From: Eledone cirrhosa
Taxonomy: Eukaryota
DNA: 64,000 nucleotides
Direction of reading: 5' to 3'
Assembly (NCBI GenBank): GCA_964016885.1
Contig: OZ024756.1
Coordinates: 2,294,001-2,358,000, forward strand
Shown here piece after piece: positions 10,730-21,599 of this stretch (positions are counted from its first letter, which is position 1; the number at the start of each line of letters is the position of its first letter). The position numbers were made by a program, and so were the translations under genes. The notes under the pieces were generated by a model that saw only the letters and a program-made list of their open reading frames with translations, searched no databases and was not told where the DNA came from.

Positions 10730-13255
10730 CCTAATTACCTCACACGTTACCTACCTCTCTACATATATAGGTATATATCTACCTACCTTACCCAACTTCC
10801 TAATTACCTCACACGTTACCTACCTCTCTACATATATAGGTATATATCTACCTACCTTACCCAACTTCCTAATTACCTCACACGTTACCTACCTCTCTAC
10901 ATATATAGGTATATATCTACCTACGTTACCCACCTTCCTAATTACCTCACACCTTACCTACCTCTCTACATATGTAGGTATATATCTACCTACGTTACCC
11001 ACCTTCCTAATTACCTCACACCTTACCTACCTCTCTACATATGTAGGTATATATCTACCTACCTTACCCACCTTCCTAATTACCTCACACGTTACCTACC
11101 TCTCTACATATATAGGTATATATCTACCTACCTTACCCAACTTCCTAATTACCTCACACGTTACCTACCTCTCTACATATATAGGTATATATCTACCTAC
11201 CTTACCCACCTATCTAATTACCTTACACCTTACCTACCTCTCTACATATATAGGTATATATCTACCTACATAACCCACCTTCACAATTACCTCACACCTT
11301 ACCTACCTCTCTACATATATAGGTATATATCTACCTACCTTACCCACCTATCTATTTACCTCACACCTTACCTACCCCTCTACATATATAGGTATATATC
11401 TACCTACCTTACCCACCTTCCTAATTACCTCACACCTTACCTACCTCTCTACATATATAGGTATATATCTACCTACCTTACCCACCTATCTATTTACCTC
11501 ACACCTTACCTACCTCTCTACATATGTAGGTATATATCTACCTACGTTACCCACCTTCCTAATTACCTCACACGTTACCTACCTCTCTACATATATAGGT
11601 ATATATCTACCTACGTTACCCACCTTCCTAATTACCTCACACCTTACCTACCTCTCTACATATGTAGGTATATATCTACCTACCTTACCCACCTTCCTAA
11701 TTACCTCACACCTTACCTACCTCTCTACATATGTAGGTATATATCTACCTACCTTACCCACCTATCTATTTACCTCACACCTTACCTACCTCTCTACATA
11801 TGTAGGTAAATATCTACCTACCTTACCCACCTTCCTAATTACCTCACACCTTACCTACCTCTCTACATATATAGGTATATATCTACCTACATAACCCACC
11901 TATCTAATTACCTCACACCTTACCTACCTCTCTACATATATAGGTATATATCTACCTACCTTACCCACCTATCTATTTACCTCACACCTTACCTACCTCT
12001 CTACATATGTAGGTATATATCTACCTACATAACCCACCTATCTATTTACCTCACACCTTACCTACCTCTCTACATATATAGGTATATATCTACCTACCTT
12101 ACCCACCTTCCTAATTACCTCACACGTTACCTACCTCTCTACATATATAGGTAAATATCTACCTACCTTACCCACCTTCCTAATTACCTCACACGTTACC
12201 TACCTCTCTACATATGTAGGTATATATCTACCTACCTTACCCACCTATCTAATTACCTTACACCTTACCTACCTCTCTACATATGTAGGTATATATCTAC
12301 CTACCTTACCCAACTTCCTAATTACCTCACACCTTACCTACCTCTCTACATATATAGGTATATATCTACCTACCTTACCCACCTATCTATTTACCTCACA
12401 CCTTACCTACCTCTCTACATATGTAGGTATATATCTACCTACCTTACCCACCTTCCTAATTACCTCACACCTTACCTACCTCTCTACATATATAGGTATA
12501 TATCTACCTACCTTACCCACCTATCTATTTACCTCACACCTTACCTACCTCTCTACATATGTAGGTATATATCTACCTACCTTACCCACCTTCCTAATTA
12601 CCTCACACCTTACCTACCTCTCTACATATGTAGGTATATATCTACCTACCTTACCCACCTTCCTAATTACCTCACACCTTACCTACCTCTAGACATATGT
12701 AGGTATATATCTACCTACCTTACCCAACTTCCTAATTACCCCACACCTTACCTACCCGTCTACATATATAGGTATATATCTACCTACCTTACCCACCTAT
12801 CTATTTACCTCACACCTTACCTACCTCTCTACATATGTAGGTATATATCTACCTACATAACCCACCTATCTAATTACCTCACACCTTACCTACCTCTCTA
12901 CATATATAGGTATATATCTACCTACCTTACCCACCTATCTATTTACCTCACACCTTACCTACCTCTCTACATATGTAGGTATATATCTACCTACATAACC
13001 CACCTATCTATTTACCTCACACCTTACCTACCTCTCTACATATATAGGTATATATCTACCTACCTTACCCACCTATCTATTTACCTCACATCTTACCTAC
13101 CCATCTACATATGTAGGTATATATCTACCTACATAACCCACCTATCTATTTACCTCACACCTTACCTACCTCTCTACATATATAGGTATATATCTACCTA
13201 CATAACCCACCTATCTAATTACCTCACACCTTACCTACCTCTCTACATATGTAGG
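10730..13255. repeat. 69-bp minisatellite, ~36 copies
   Basis: Unit CCTAATTACCTCACACSTTACCTACCTCTCTACATATRTAGGTATATATCTACCTACCTTACCCAMCTT. The 23-aa periodicity of ORF 10548-11273 confirms the unit length. Confidence 0.97.
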
Positions 13256-13409
13256 TGTATCGCAATTTTCAATGTGTCAAGCTGTCTAAACGTAATGTTA
13301 TTACTCTAAGGACCTACCTACCCTTATTGAGTGCTTTGCTACTCATTCCTTATTGTAGGTCGACTATGCTTGGCCCCATCCAAAGCTTCGACTTTACTAA
13401 GCTTCCACT

Positions 13410-13491
<82 letters not shown>

Positions 13492-13493
13492 GA

Positions 13494-13906
13494 GAAAGGA
13501 TAACAAGGATGATTGGTTACTCCTTCATTATATTTATTGGTTGGTGACGCGCGTTTCGCCACTGATAAGCTCAAGGTTCGATCTGTATCGATCTTACCCG
13601 ACTCTGTAATCTGCGGCTCGACGGACCCCTTGAAATGCTAGTAGAAAATACAAGGGGTCTGTCGAGCCGCAGATTACAGAGTCGGGTAAGATCGATACAG
13701 ATCGAACCTTGAGCTGATCAGTGGCGAAACGCGCGTCACCAACCAATAAATGTAATGAAGGAGTACCCAATCATCCTTGTTATCCTTTCAATATATTACA
13801 CTCTGTCTAGCTCTACACCTCAACACAGAAGTGAACCTAAACATCGAGTGCTCACCCGGGTGAACCTATAGTAACTCCAAGTTACACTCCCTGGATAACA
13901 AAGCAT

Positions 13907-13910
<4 letters not shown>
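13494..13910 (+). mobile_element. PLE terminal-repeat remnant with a 139-bp-arm fold-back
   Basis: Arms 13494-13632 and 13651-13789 are near-perfect reverse complements with an 18-bp spacer. The right arm continues as unique sequence up to (TA)n and contains a hammerhead-like motif and AATAAA. Confidence 0.75.
13654..13740 (+). ncRNA. Type I hammerhead-like motif with long stem II and variant core
   Basis: GGT-CTGTCGA-[GCCGCAGATT...GATCAGTGGC]-GAAAC-GCGC-GTC^-ACC, then AATAAA at 13745. The core reads CUGUCGA rather than CUGANGA. Confidence 0.5.
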
Positions 13911-13961
<51 letters not shown>

Positions 13962-14354
13962 CTTAGGTTAATAGGAGTTAGGATGTGTATACCCGTGTCC
14001 CATTACGGTATTGGCAGCATAATAATATTTATTATTAAGATGTATAAACTTGACATAACTATTATCATCTTATATTCTCTCAACTAATCACATTTGATTA
14101 TATTTCTCTATCCCGTTTTCTCCCCCCATATTTATAATATTTTTATTTGAAAAAATCGTTTTTTTTTACATTGTGTTTTCCCCTTCAAATACTTGCTTAT
14201 ATTTCTTTATATATTTTCTATATATTTTTTTATATATATTTTTTTATCTTTATTCTTACTTTCACTTTTATCCTCCTTTATATTTTACCTTATTCTTACT
14301 TTTATACCTTATTATAGTGTAATCTTCCCCATGCCTTATTATACATTATTAATT

Positions 14355-14530
14355 ATTGGCAGTATCGGTAGAGGGTCGGACGCCATGCTTTCCAGCATAG
14401 TTACGTCCCTTTACGATCTGAGTTCAAATCCCGCCGAGGTTGACTTTGCCTTTCATCCTTACGGGGTCGATAAAATAAAGTACCAGTAATGCACTGGGTA
14501 AATGCTGGCCTTGTGCCAAAACTAGAAACA
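14355..14530 (+). mobile_element. tRNA-derived SINE (family A)
   Basis: TTGGCAGTATCGGTAGAG...CTGAGTTCAAATCCCGCCGAGGTTGACTTTGCCTTTCATCCTTACGGGGTCGATAAAATAAAGTACCAGTAA...GCTGGCCTTGTGCCAAA. Confidence 0.9.
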
Positions 14531-14669
14531 ATTAATTATAGATTATTATTATTACTCTTTTTCCATTTCTAATTACCTCATGTACTTTCTCCTCCATTAT
14601 ATATATATTGTATGCCCTTTGTATGTGTGTAGCCTCTGCACACCCTCTGCACCCTACTATTGACGCCAC

Positions 14670-14954
14670 CCCATCTATGGGTCAGCTAACCACTCGACTC
14701 CCGGGAATGAATATGACCGCAGCTAGTAAACAAGGACCCACACCCCACCCTCCCGCACCAAAATTAGACTTATCGTCCCCTACTTTTGCTCTTTACTCTC
14801 TTTACTCATTGTTCTTGAATGTTTGGTTGGTAGAGTCCATAACACCAATCAAACCCCTTTTATAGCTCTGACGAATCCTACGGTTCCGTAAGGAGGAAAC
14901 ATTGTAAGCCAATAAAAATCTTTTGATGTTGTAGACGCTATTGTGTTCTTTATC

Positions 14955-14955
<1 letters not shown>
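14670..14955 (+). mobile_element. 5'-truncated PLE 3' end (GIY-YIG C-terminal tip + terminal repeat)
   Basis: QLTTRLPGMN resembles the LxTxxPxGxN end of PLE endonucleases. It is followed by a pyrimidine-rich UTR, hairpin GTTTGGTTGGT...ACCAATCAAAC, a hammerhead and AATAAA. Confidence 0.55.
14865..14909 (+). ncRNA. Minimal type I hammerhead ribozyme motif
   Basis: GCT-CTGACGA-[ATCCTACGG TT CCGTAAGGAG]-GAAAC-ATT-GTA^-AGC, then AATAAA at 14911. Confidence 0.7.
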
Positions 14956-14998
<43 letters not shown>

Positions 14999-15100
14999 TT
15001 ACATATATATATATATTTATACGCATATACATATAAGTATGTATACCTACATACATATATGTATACAGACGTACAGTAGTATGTATATATATACATACAT

Positions 15101-15152
<52 letters not shown>

Positions 15153-15214
15153 CCGAGCATTATAGTAAATGTTCGGTGAATCCATACGTACATATATATA
15201 TGTGTGCATGTATG

Positions 15215-15269
<55 letters not shown>

Positions 15270-15285
15270 TACTGTACGTCTGTAT

Positions 15286-15362
<77 letters not shown>

Positions 15363-15377
15363 ACTGTACGTCTGTAT

Positions 15378-15423
<46 letters not shown>

Positions 15424-15485
15424 AGAGCGTGAAACTAATAAACATTTGTTCGTACTGCCTCTCTGTTTTGTTCCCGTTCAATTTT

Positions 15486-15523
<38 letters not shown>

Positions 15524-15609
15524 AGTTAGACCGGGTTGAATCGGAGGTAACCACAGTAAGTAAGGTACTCAATACATACCAGAGTATACCAGTTTTAATA
15601 TAGAAGCAC

Positions 15610-15674
<65 letters not shown>

Positions 15675-15678
<4 letters not shown>

Positions 15679-15870
15679 AACCAGTAAGACCCCGACAGCT
15701 GAGCTCAAGCCGTTTCGACGGCTAATTCTGGACTCAGAATTAGCCGTCGAAACGGCTTGAGCTCAGCTGTCGGGGTCTTACTGGTTTCTATTACCCACTC
15801 TACTACCTCAAGTATTGAGTACTTTGGTGCGTTATGGTCCACCTGGTTCCTTACCACATTTCCTTCGTTA
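15675..15870 (+). mobile_element. ~195-bp hairpin-headed element (PLE terminal-repeat-like), copy 1, in (TA)n
   Basis: Inverted arms 15675-15730 / 15735-15790, then an 80-bp tail ending TTCCTTCGTTA. Near-identical to the reverse complement of 20232-20428. Confidence 0.75.
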
Positions 15871-15902
15871 TATATATATATATATATCTATATATATATA
15901 TA

Positions 15903-15958
<56 letters not shown>

Positions 15959-15979
15959 TATACCACACATACATATATA

Positions 15980-16240
15980 TATACTTACCTCTCTACATAT
16001 GTAGGTATATATATCCACCTGTCTTACCCACCTAATTACCTCACATATATATATATACCACACACATATATATATATATACTTACCTCTCTACATATGTC
16101 TTACCCACCTAATTACCACACATATATACATATATACCACACACACACATATATATATATATACTTACCTCTCTACATATGTAGGTATATATATCCACCT
16201 GTCTTACCCACCTAATTACCTCACACCTTAGCTACCTGTA
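15980..16240. repeat. Degenerate relatives of the 69-bp minisatellite unit
   Basis: TACCTCTCTACATATGTAGGTATATAT...CTTACCCACCTAATTACCTCACA recurs three times. Confidence 0.75.
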
Positions 16241-16269
16241 TAACTTAAGTACGTACCTACCTAAAATAG

Positions 16270-16491
16270 TGCGTGTGTGTGTGTGGGGGGGTGTTTGTGT
16301 GTGTGCATAAGTTGAAGGACTTTGTTTGTATGTGTTGCTGTGTACGTACCTGTGAGTGTGTGTATGTGTTTGGCTATGTTGCTGAATGATTATGTATGTG
16401 TGTTTTTGTGTATATGTGTGTGTGGCTGGGTGCTGTGAAGTGTGTGTGTACGTGTGTTGTTGTGAGGTGTGTTCGTGGATGAGTCGCTGTG

Positions 16492-16566
<75 letters not shown>

Positions 16567-16890
16567 TTATACGTGTGTTAGTATGGGTTGATGTGTGCGA
16601 GGGTGGGGTCTACTTTAGCATGACAAGGTAACAAACCTTTGTGTGTAAATGTGTGTGGCTGTATGTGGCTTTGTGTGGCTGTGTGTGGCTGTATGTGGCT
16701 GTGTGTGGCATTGTGTGGCAGTGTGTGGCAGTGTGTGGCTGTGTGTGGCTATCTGTCTGGCTGTGTGTGGTTGTGTGTGGCAATGTGTATGTGTGTGTGT
16801 ATGGCTGTGTGGCACTGTGTGTGTGTATGGCTGTGTGTATGTGTGTATGGCTATGTGTGGCAGTGTGTATGCGAGTGTGTAGCTGTCTGT
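16270..16890. repeat. (GT)n and 10-bp GTGTGTGGCT repeats
   Basis: Visible tandem units. Confidence 0.9.
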
Positions 16891-17139
16891 ATCTACATGT
16901 CAAGGTATCAGGCGTTAGACCCAGTATCGCTGTTTCACATTATCACAACACTTTATAAAGGTGTCATGTTTCCCAGAGTAAATAAATATTTGCTCAGTAT
17001 TTCCAGTGAAACACACCTAATTATGGCTCATTTAATACTGTTCACTGGACACATTAATGGCTAGGGGGTTAGTTAGGTTGCCCCCAGTCCGTACATGAGA
17101 AATCCTTTGTTAGATTCTCATTGAAAACCATAATGTCGT

Positions 17140-17290
17140 TAGAGCGTTCGTTAGAATGTCTGGCGGTTTTATAATTGTCAGCTCTTTCTGAGATCAGATC
17201 CTGCCAAGTTCAACTTTGACCTTCTTGTTGTTGGAGTCAATAAAAAATAAAAAAAAAACATACCAGTCAAATACTGGGGTCGATTCTTCA
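17140..17290 (+). mobile_element. Old diverged family A SINE
   Basis: CTGAGATCAGATCCTGCCAAGTTCAACTTTGACCTT...GAGTCAATAAAA...TACCAGTCAAATACTGGGGTCGAT aligns with the younger copies. Confidence 0.6.
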
Positions 17291-17330
17291 TCCATATCTC
17301 TTCCTCTGTTACTTCCTCTCCTTTGTCCAG

Positions 17331-17403
17331 AAGAAATGTGACGTGTTCGGACCGGAAAGGAGGAGGCGATGGATTCCATCAGAGTATATAAAAAGATGGC
17401 CAA
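17331..17403 (+). other. Candidate internal exon
   Basis: Long polypyrimidine tract ending TTTGTCCAG|, a purine-rich body, and donor AA|GTATGT (alternative AGG|GTCGGT at 17441). One frame is open: KKCDVFGPERRRRWIPSEYIKRWP. Confidence 0.25.
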
Positions 17404-17480
17404 GTATGTTGTGATGATGAATTGGCAGGGTCCTTGGAGGGTCGGTTACAATACCTCACAGCATTTGTTCCGATTCTCAG

Positions 17481-17555
<75 letters not shown>

Positions 17556-18029
17556 CGTTCAAACCCAATCGAGCTGATCTTTGCCTTCGATTACCTCATG
17601 ATTGATGTATAAAGTAACAGTCAAGTACTGAAGCTATTCCTACCCTCCTCCACTATCTAGAATTTGTTTCAAGCAGCCGGGCGGCTCGTGAGGCCATTGG
17701 TTACGCGGGATTTCGAGACTAGAAATAGGTAGTGACACAAAGACTACCTGTTAGTCAATATATCGATTTAGTGTGATCAGTCAACCCTCAGAAACGATCG
17801 TAAAACAATGGACGAATTAAGAGCCTATCTTTAAATTTTGTTTTCATTGTTTAATACACACACACACACACACACACGGACACACACACATATGTATATA
17901 TGTATATATATGTATATATGTATATATGTATATATATATATATATATATGTATAAGTGTGTATATATGCATATATATATACATATATATAGATGTATGTA
18001 TATGTATATATATTTATGCATATATTTGT

Positions 18030-18202
18030 TTCTACTTTAGGCACAAGGCCAGCAATAACTCAGTTCATTACTGGTACTTTATTTTATCGACCCCGTAAGG
18101 ATGAAAGGCAAAGTCAACCTCGGCGGGATTTGAACTCAGATCGTAAAGGGACGTAAGTATGCTGGAAAGCATGGCGTCCGACCCTCTACCGATACTGCCA
18201 AT
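18030..18202 (-). mobile_element. tRNA-derived SINE (family A), near-identical to 14355-14530, inverted
   Basis: The reverse complement matches almost base for base. Both ORF tracks end IGSIGRGSDAMLSSI.TSLYDLSSNPAEVDFAFHPYGVDKIKYQ. Confidence 0.9.
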
Positions 18203-18255
18203 CCACCGCCTATTTATGCATATATTAGTATGTAAATGTATACGTATGCATATGA

Positions 18256-18309
<54 letters not shown>

Positions 18310-18639
18310 ATCCATATACACACACTGTGTTCGTTTTTGTGTGTGTCAATGTACATGTATGTATATCAATGAGTATATAATAGCAGCAGTATGACAGGAT
18401 CCCGTCACCAGTTCCACCTCTCACCCCTTCTCCCTCAACCCCGGGCCCTATCACCCCCCGGCTCTATCACCCCGCGGCCATGTCACCCCCCAACCCTGTC
18501 AGCCCCGACCCTGTCACCCCGCGGCCCTATCACCCACCCCCAGCGCTCTCACCCCCATCCCTCTGATGCCCGTCTCTCATGCACTGACTGTAGTGTATTT
18601 AGTGCACTGTCAACGTCCTCATCAGGACAGTGTCATTAA

Positions 18640-18654
18640 CTACACTCACACATT

Positions 18655-18688
<34 letters not shown>

Positions 18689-19437
18689 GACAATCATACA
18701 TACACATACACACAGAGACAATCATACAAACACACACACACACAGACAATCATACATACACATACACACAGAGACAATCATACACACACACACACACAGA
18801 CGCACACAAACAATCATACATACACATACACACAGAGACAATCATACAAACACACACACACACAGACGCACACAGACAATCATACATACACAATCATACA
18901 AACACACACACACACATACACACAGACAATCATACATACACATACACACAGAGACAATCATACATACACACACACACAGAGACACACACAGACAATCATA
19001 CATACACATACACACAGAGACAATCATACAAACACACACACACACATACACACAGACAATCATACATACACATACACACAGAGACAATCATACATACACA
19101 CACACACAGAGACACACACAGACAATCATACATACACATACACACAGAGACAATCATACAAACACACACACACACAGACACACAGACACATACACAGAGA
19201 CAATCATACATACACACACACACACAGACACACAGACAATCATACATACACATACACAGAGACAATCATACATACACACACACACACAGACACACACAGA
19301 CAATCATACATACACATACACACAGAGACAATCATACATACACACACACACACACACAATCATATAGAAACACAGACCAGGGCAGAAACATACTATATAC
19401 AAAAACACACTATCACATATATACACACACATACAAT

Positions 19438-19478
<41 letters not shown>

Positions 19479-20231
19479 ACTCACAGGAATACATATATAT
19501 ATATATATATATACAATCACACAAATACATATATATATATATACACATACTATCACACAAATACATATATATACATAGATACACACACATACAATCACAC
19601 AAATACATATATATATACACACATACAATCACAGGAATACATATATATATATACACATACAATCACACAAATACATATATATATACACATACAATCACAG
19701 AAATACATATATATACACACACGTACAATCACAGAAATACATATATATATATATACACACGCTCACAGAAATACATATATATATATACACACATACAATC
19801 ACAGAAATACATATATATACGCACACATAGAATCACACAAATACATATATATACACACATACAATCACAGAAATACATATTTATACACACATACAATCAC
19901 AGAAATACATATATATATATATACACACACATACAATCACAGAAATACATATATATATATTTATACACACATACAATCACAGAAGTACATATATATATAT
20001 ATATATATATATTAATACACACATACAATCACAGAAAAACATATATATACACACATAAAATCACACAAATACATATATATATACAATCACTCACACAAAT
20101 ACATAGATACACACATAGAATCACACACACAGCCACATACGCACATATAGAAACACTCACACTCAGGACCCAGCTCACACACACATATATAGATACACAC
20201 ACACACACACATATGTATATATATATATATA
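18640..20231. repeat. CA-rich compound minisatellites (GACAATCATACA...; ATACAATCACAGAAATACAT...)
   Basis: Two successive ~30-bp degenerate unit types embedded in CA/TA repeats. Confidence 0.9.
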
Positions 20232-20425
20232 TAACGAAGGAAATGTGGTAAGGAACCAGGTGGACCATAACGCACCAAAGTACTCAATACTTGAGGTAGT
20301 AGAGTGGGTAATAGGAACCAGTAAGACCCCCGACAGCTGAGCTCAAGCCGTTTCGACGGCTAATTCTGGTCCAGAATTAGCCGTCGAAACGGCTTGAGCT
20401 CAGCTGTCGGGGTCTTACTGGTTCC

Positions 20426-20428
<3 letters not shown>
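20232..20428 (-). mobile_element. ~195-bp hairpin-headed element, copy 2, in (TA)n
   Basis: Reverse complement of 15675-15870, including the same fold-back point (AATTCTG-G(A/T)C(T)-CAGAATT). Confidence 0.75.
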
Positions 20429-20458
<30 letters not shown>

Positions 20459-20525
20459 ACGTTATTATATATAGCACACTATTCAGTTTCTTAATATACT
20501 TAGAAGTGTCTAGGATACTAATTTT

Positions 20526-20603
20526 TCACCCACTGATGAGCAGAATTTGGTATTTCTATTCACAATTAATATTGCGAAACACCACCAAGAGCTGTCTGGG
20601 TGA
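20526..20603 (+). ncRNA. Type I hammerhead ribozyme with canonical core (best candidate)
   Basis: Stem I TCACCCA/TGGGTGA (7 bp), CTGATGA, stem II GCAG...TTGC, GAAAC, stem III ACA...TGT, and cleavage triplet GTC at 20594-20596. Confidence 0.8.
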
Positions 20604-20865
20604 GTGGTAGTTACCACAATTCTGCTTTGTATTTATTTTCTTGATTTCTTCATAAATTGAGACAGGCAAACCCTATTGTCTATAGTTAGTATTCTTTTCA
20701 CCTTAGCGAATCTGGTCCCTTAAGATTTGAACACATATATCTATATATCTGTGTTCCTGTTTCTTTTATATTCAATTATATTATACGGCTCGGAAATATT
20801 ACTTTCCTGGGGCTATTTTATTGTAAGAGACTATTTTGTGTTCCTAACTCAATATATACACTCGA

Positions 20866-21000
20866 GAAATAGCCGTCGAAACGGCTTGAGCTCTGCGGTC
20901 GGGGTCAAACATGTTCTTATTACCCGCTCTACTACCCTAAGTATTGAGTACTCTGGTGCGCTATGGACCCTTTGGTTCCTTACCACACCTACTTCGTTAT
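20866..21000 (+). mobile_element. Diverged third copy of the hairpin-headed element, lacking the fold-back arm
   Basis: TAGCCGTCGAAACGGCTTGAGCTCTGCGGTCGGGGTC...AAGTATTGAGTACTCTGGTGCGCTATGGACC...ACTTCGTTA. Confidence 0.7.
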
Positions 21001-21004
21001 ATAT

Positions 21005-21160
21005 GAATTTTACCACCAGGTCTCTGGTGTGGGGATGGGAACCAGAATGGGTCCAAACTATGCCAACTTGTTTGTTGGCTACGTCGAAGCCCAGATCTTC
21101 TCCACTACGCTGGACCGACTCCTCAGCTATAAGGTCGTTATATCGACGACTGTATCGCGC
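21005..21160 (+). pseudogene. Penelope-like reverse transcriptase fragment (motifs B' and C), disrupted
   Basis: EFYHQVSGVGMGTRMGPNYANLFVGYVE, then after a frameshift YAGPTPQL*GRYIDDCI. Confidence 0.85.
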
Positions 21161-21319
21161 CATCATCCACTTTTCTAAAAAACAAATCATACACAAAACG
21201 CCAGCTCCAACAGTTTTCCAAGAGATGTCAGCAATGAATGGACCTGTTATTTTTATCTAAAGACATTTTTTCCAATTCCATCCCGCCCGTCCCCTCAATC
21301 TATTGTATTTCTCCTTCTT

Positions 21320-21355
21320 TCTTCTGATGAAGGACTAGCGTCCGAAACGTTAAGA
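21320..21355 (+). ncRNA. Minimal type I hammerhead ribozyme motif with palindromic stem III
   Basis: TCTT-CTGATGA-A-GGAC TAGC GTCC-GAAACGTTA-AGA. The AACGTT palindrome is typical of PLE minimal hammerheads proposed to act as dimers. Confidence 0.75.
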
Positions 21356-21448
21356 CCCTCTTCCTGCTATATCAAGCCTTAACCTAATATATACCTTCCA
21401 TATACTGTATCGATTGTGTTGTTATATTTATATATCTATATCTATATA

Positions 21449-21516
<68 letters not shown>

Positions 21517-21599
21517 CATGTACACATACATATATGCACGTATATATATATGCATGCTACTGTACGTCTGTATACATATATGTATATATATATATATAA

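Noticed and set aside
18604-18634. Minus-strand CTGATGAGGAC inside a CACTGTC/GACAGTG hairpin
   Set aside because: No GAAA core or cleavage triplet in the right geometry.
18566-20251. 561-aa ORF
   Set aside because: It is a translation of CA/TA-rich repeats.
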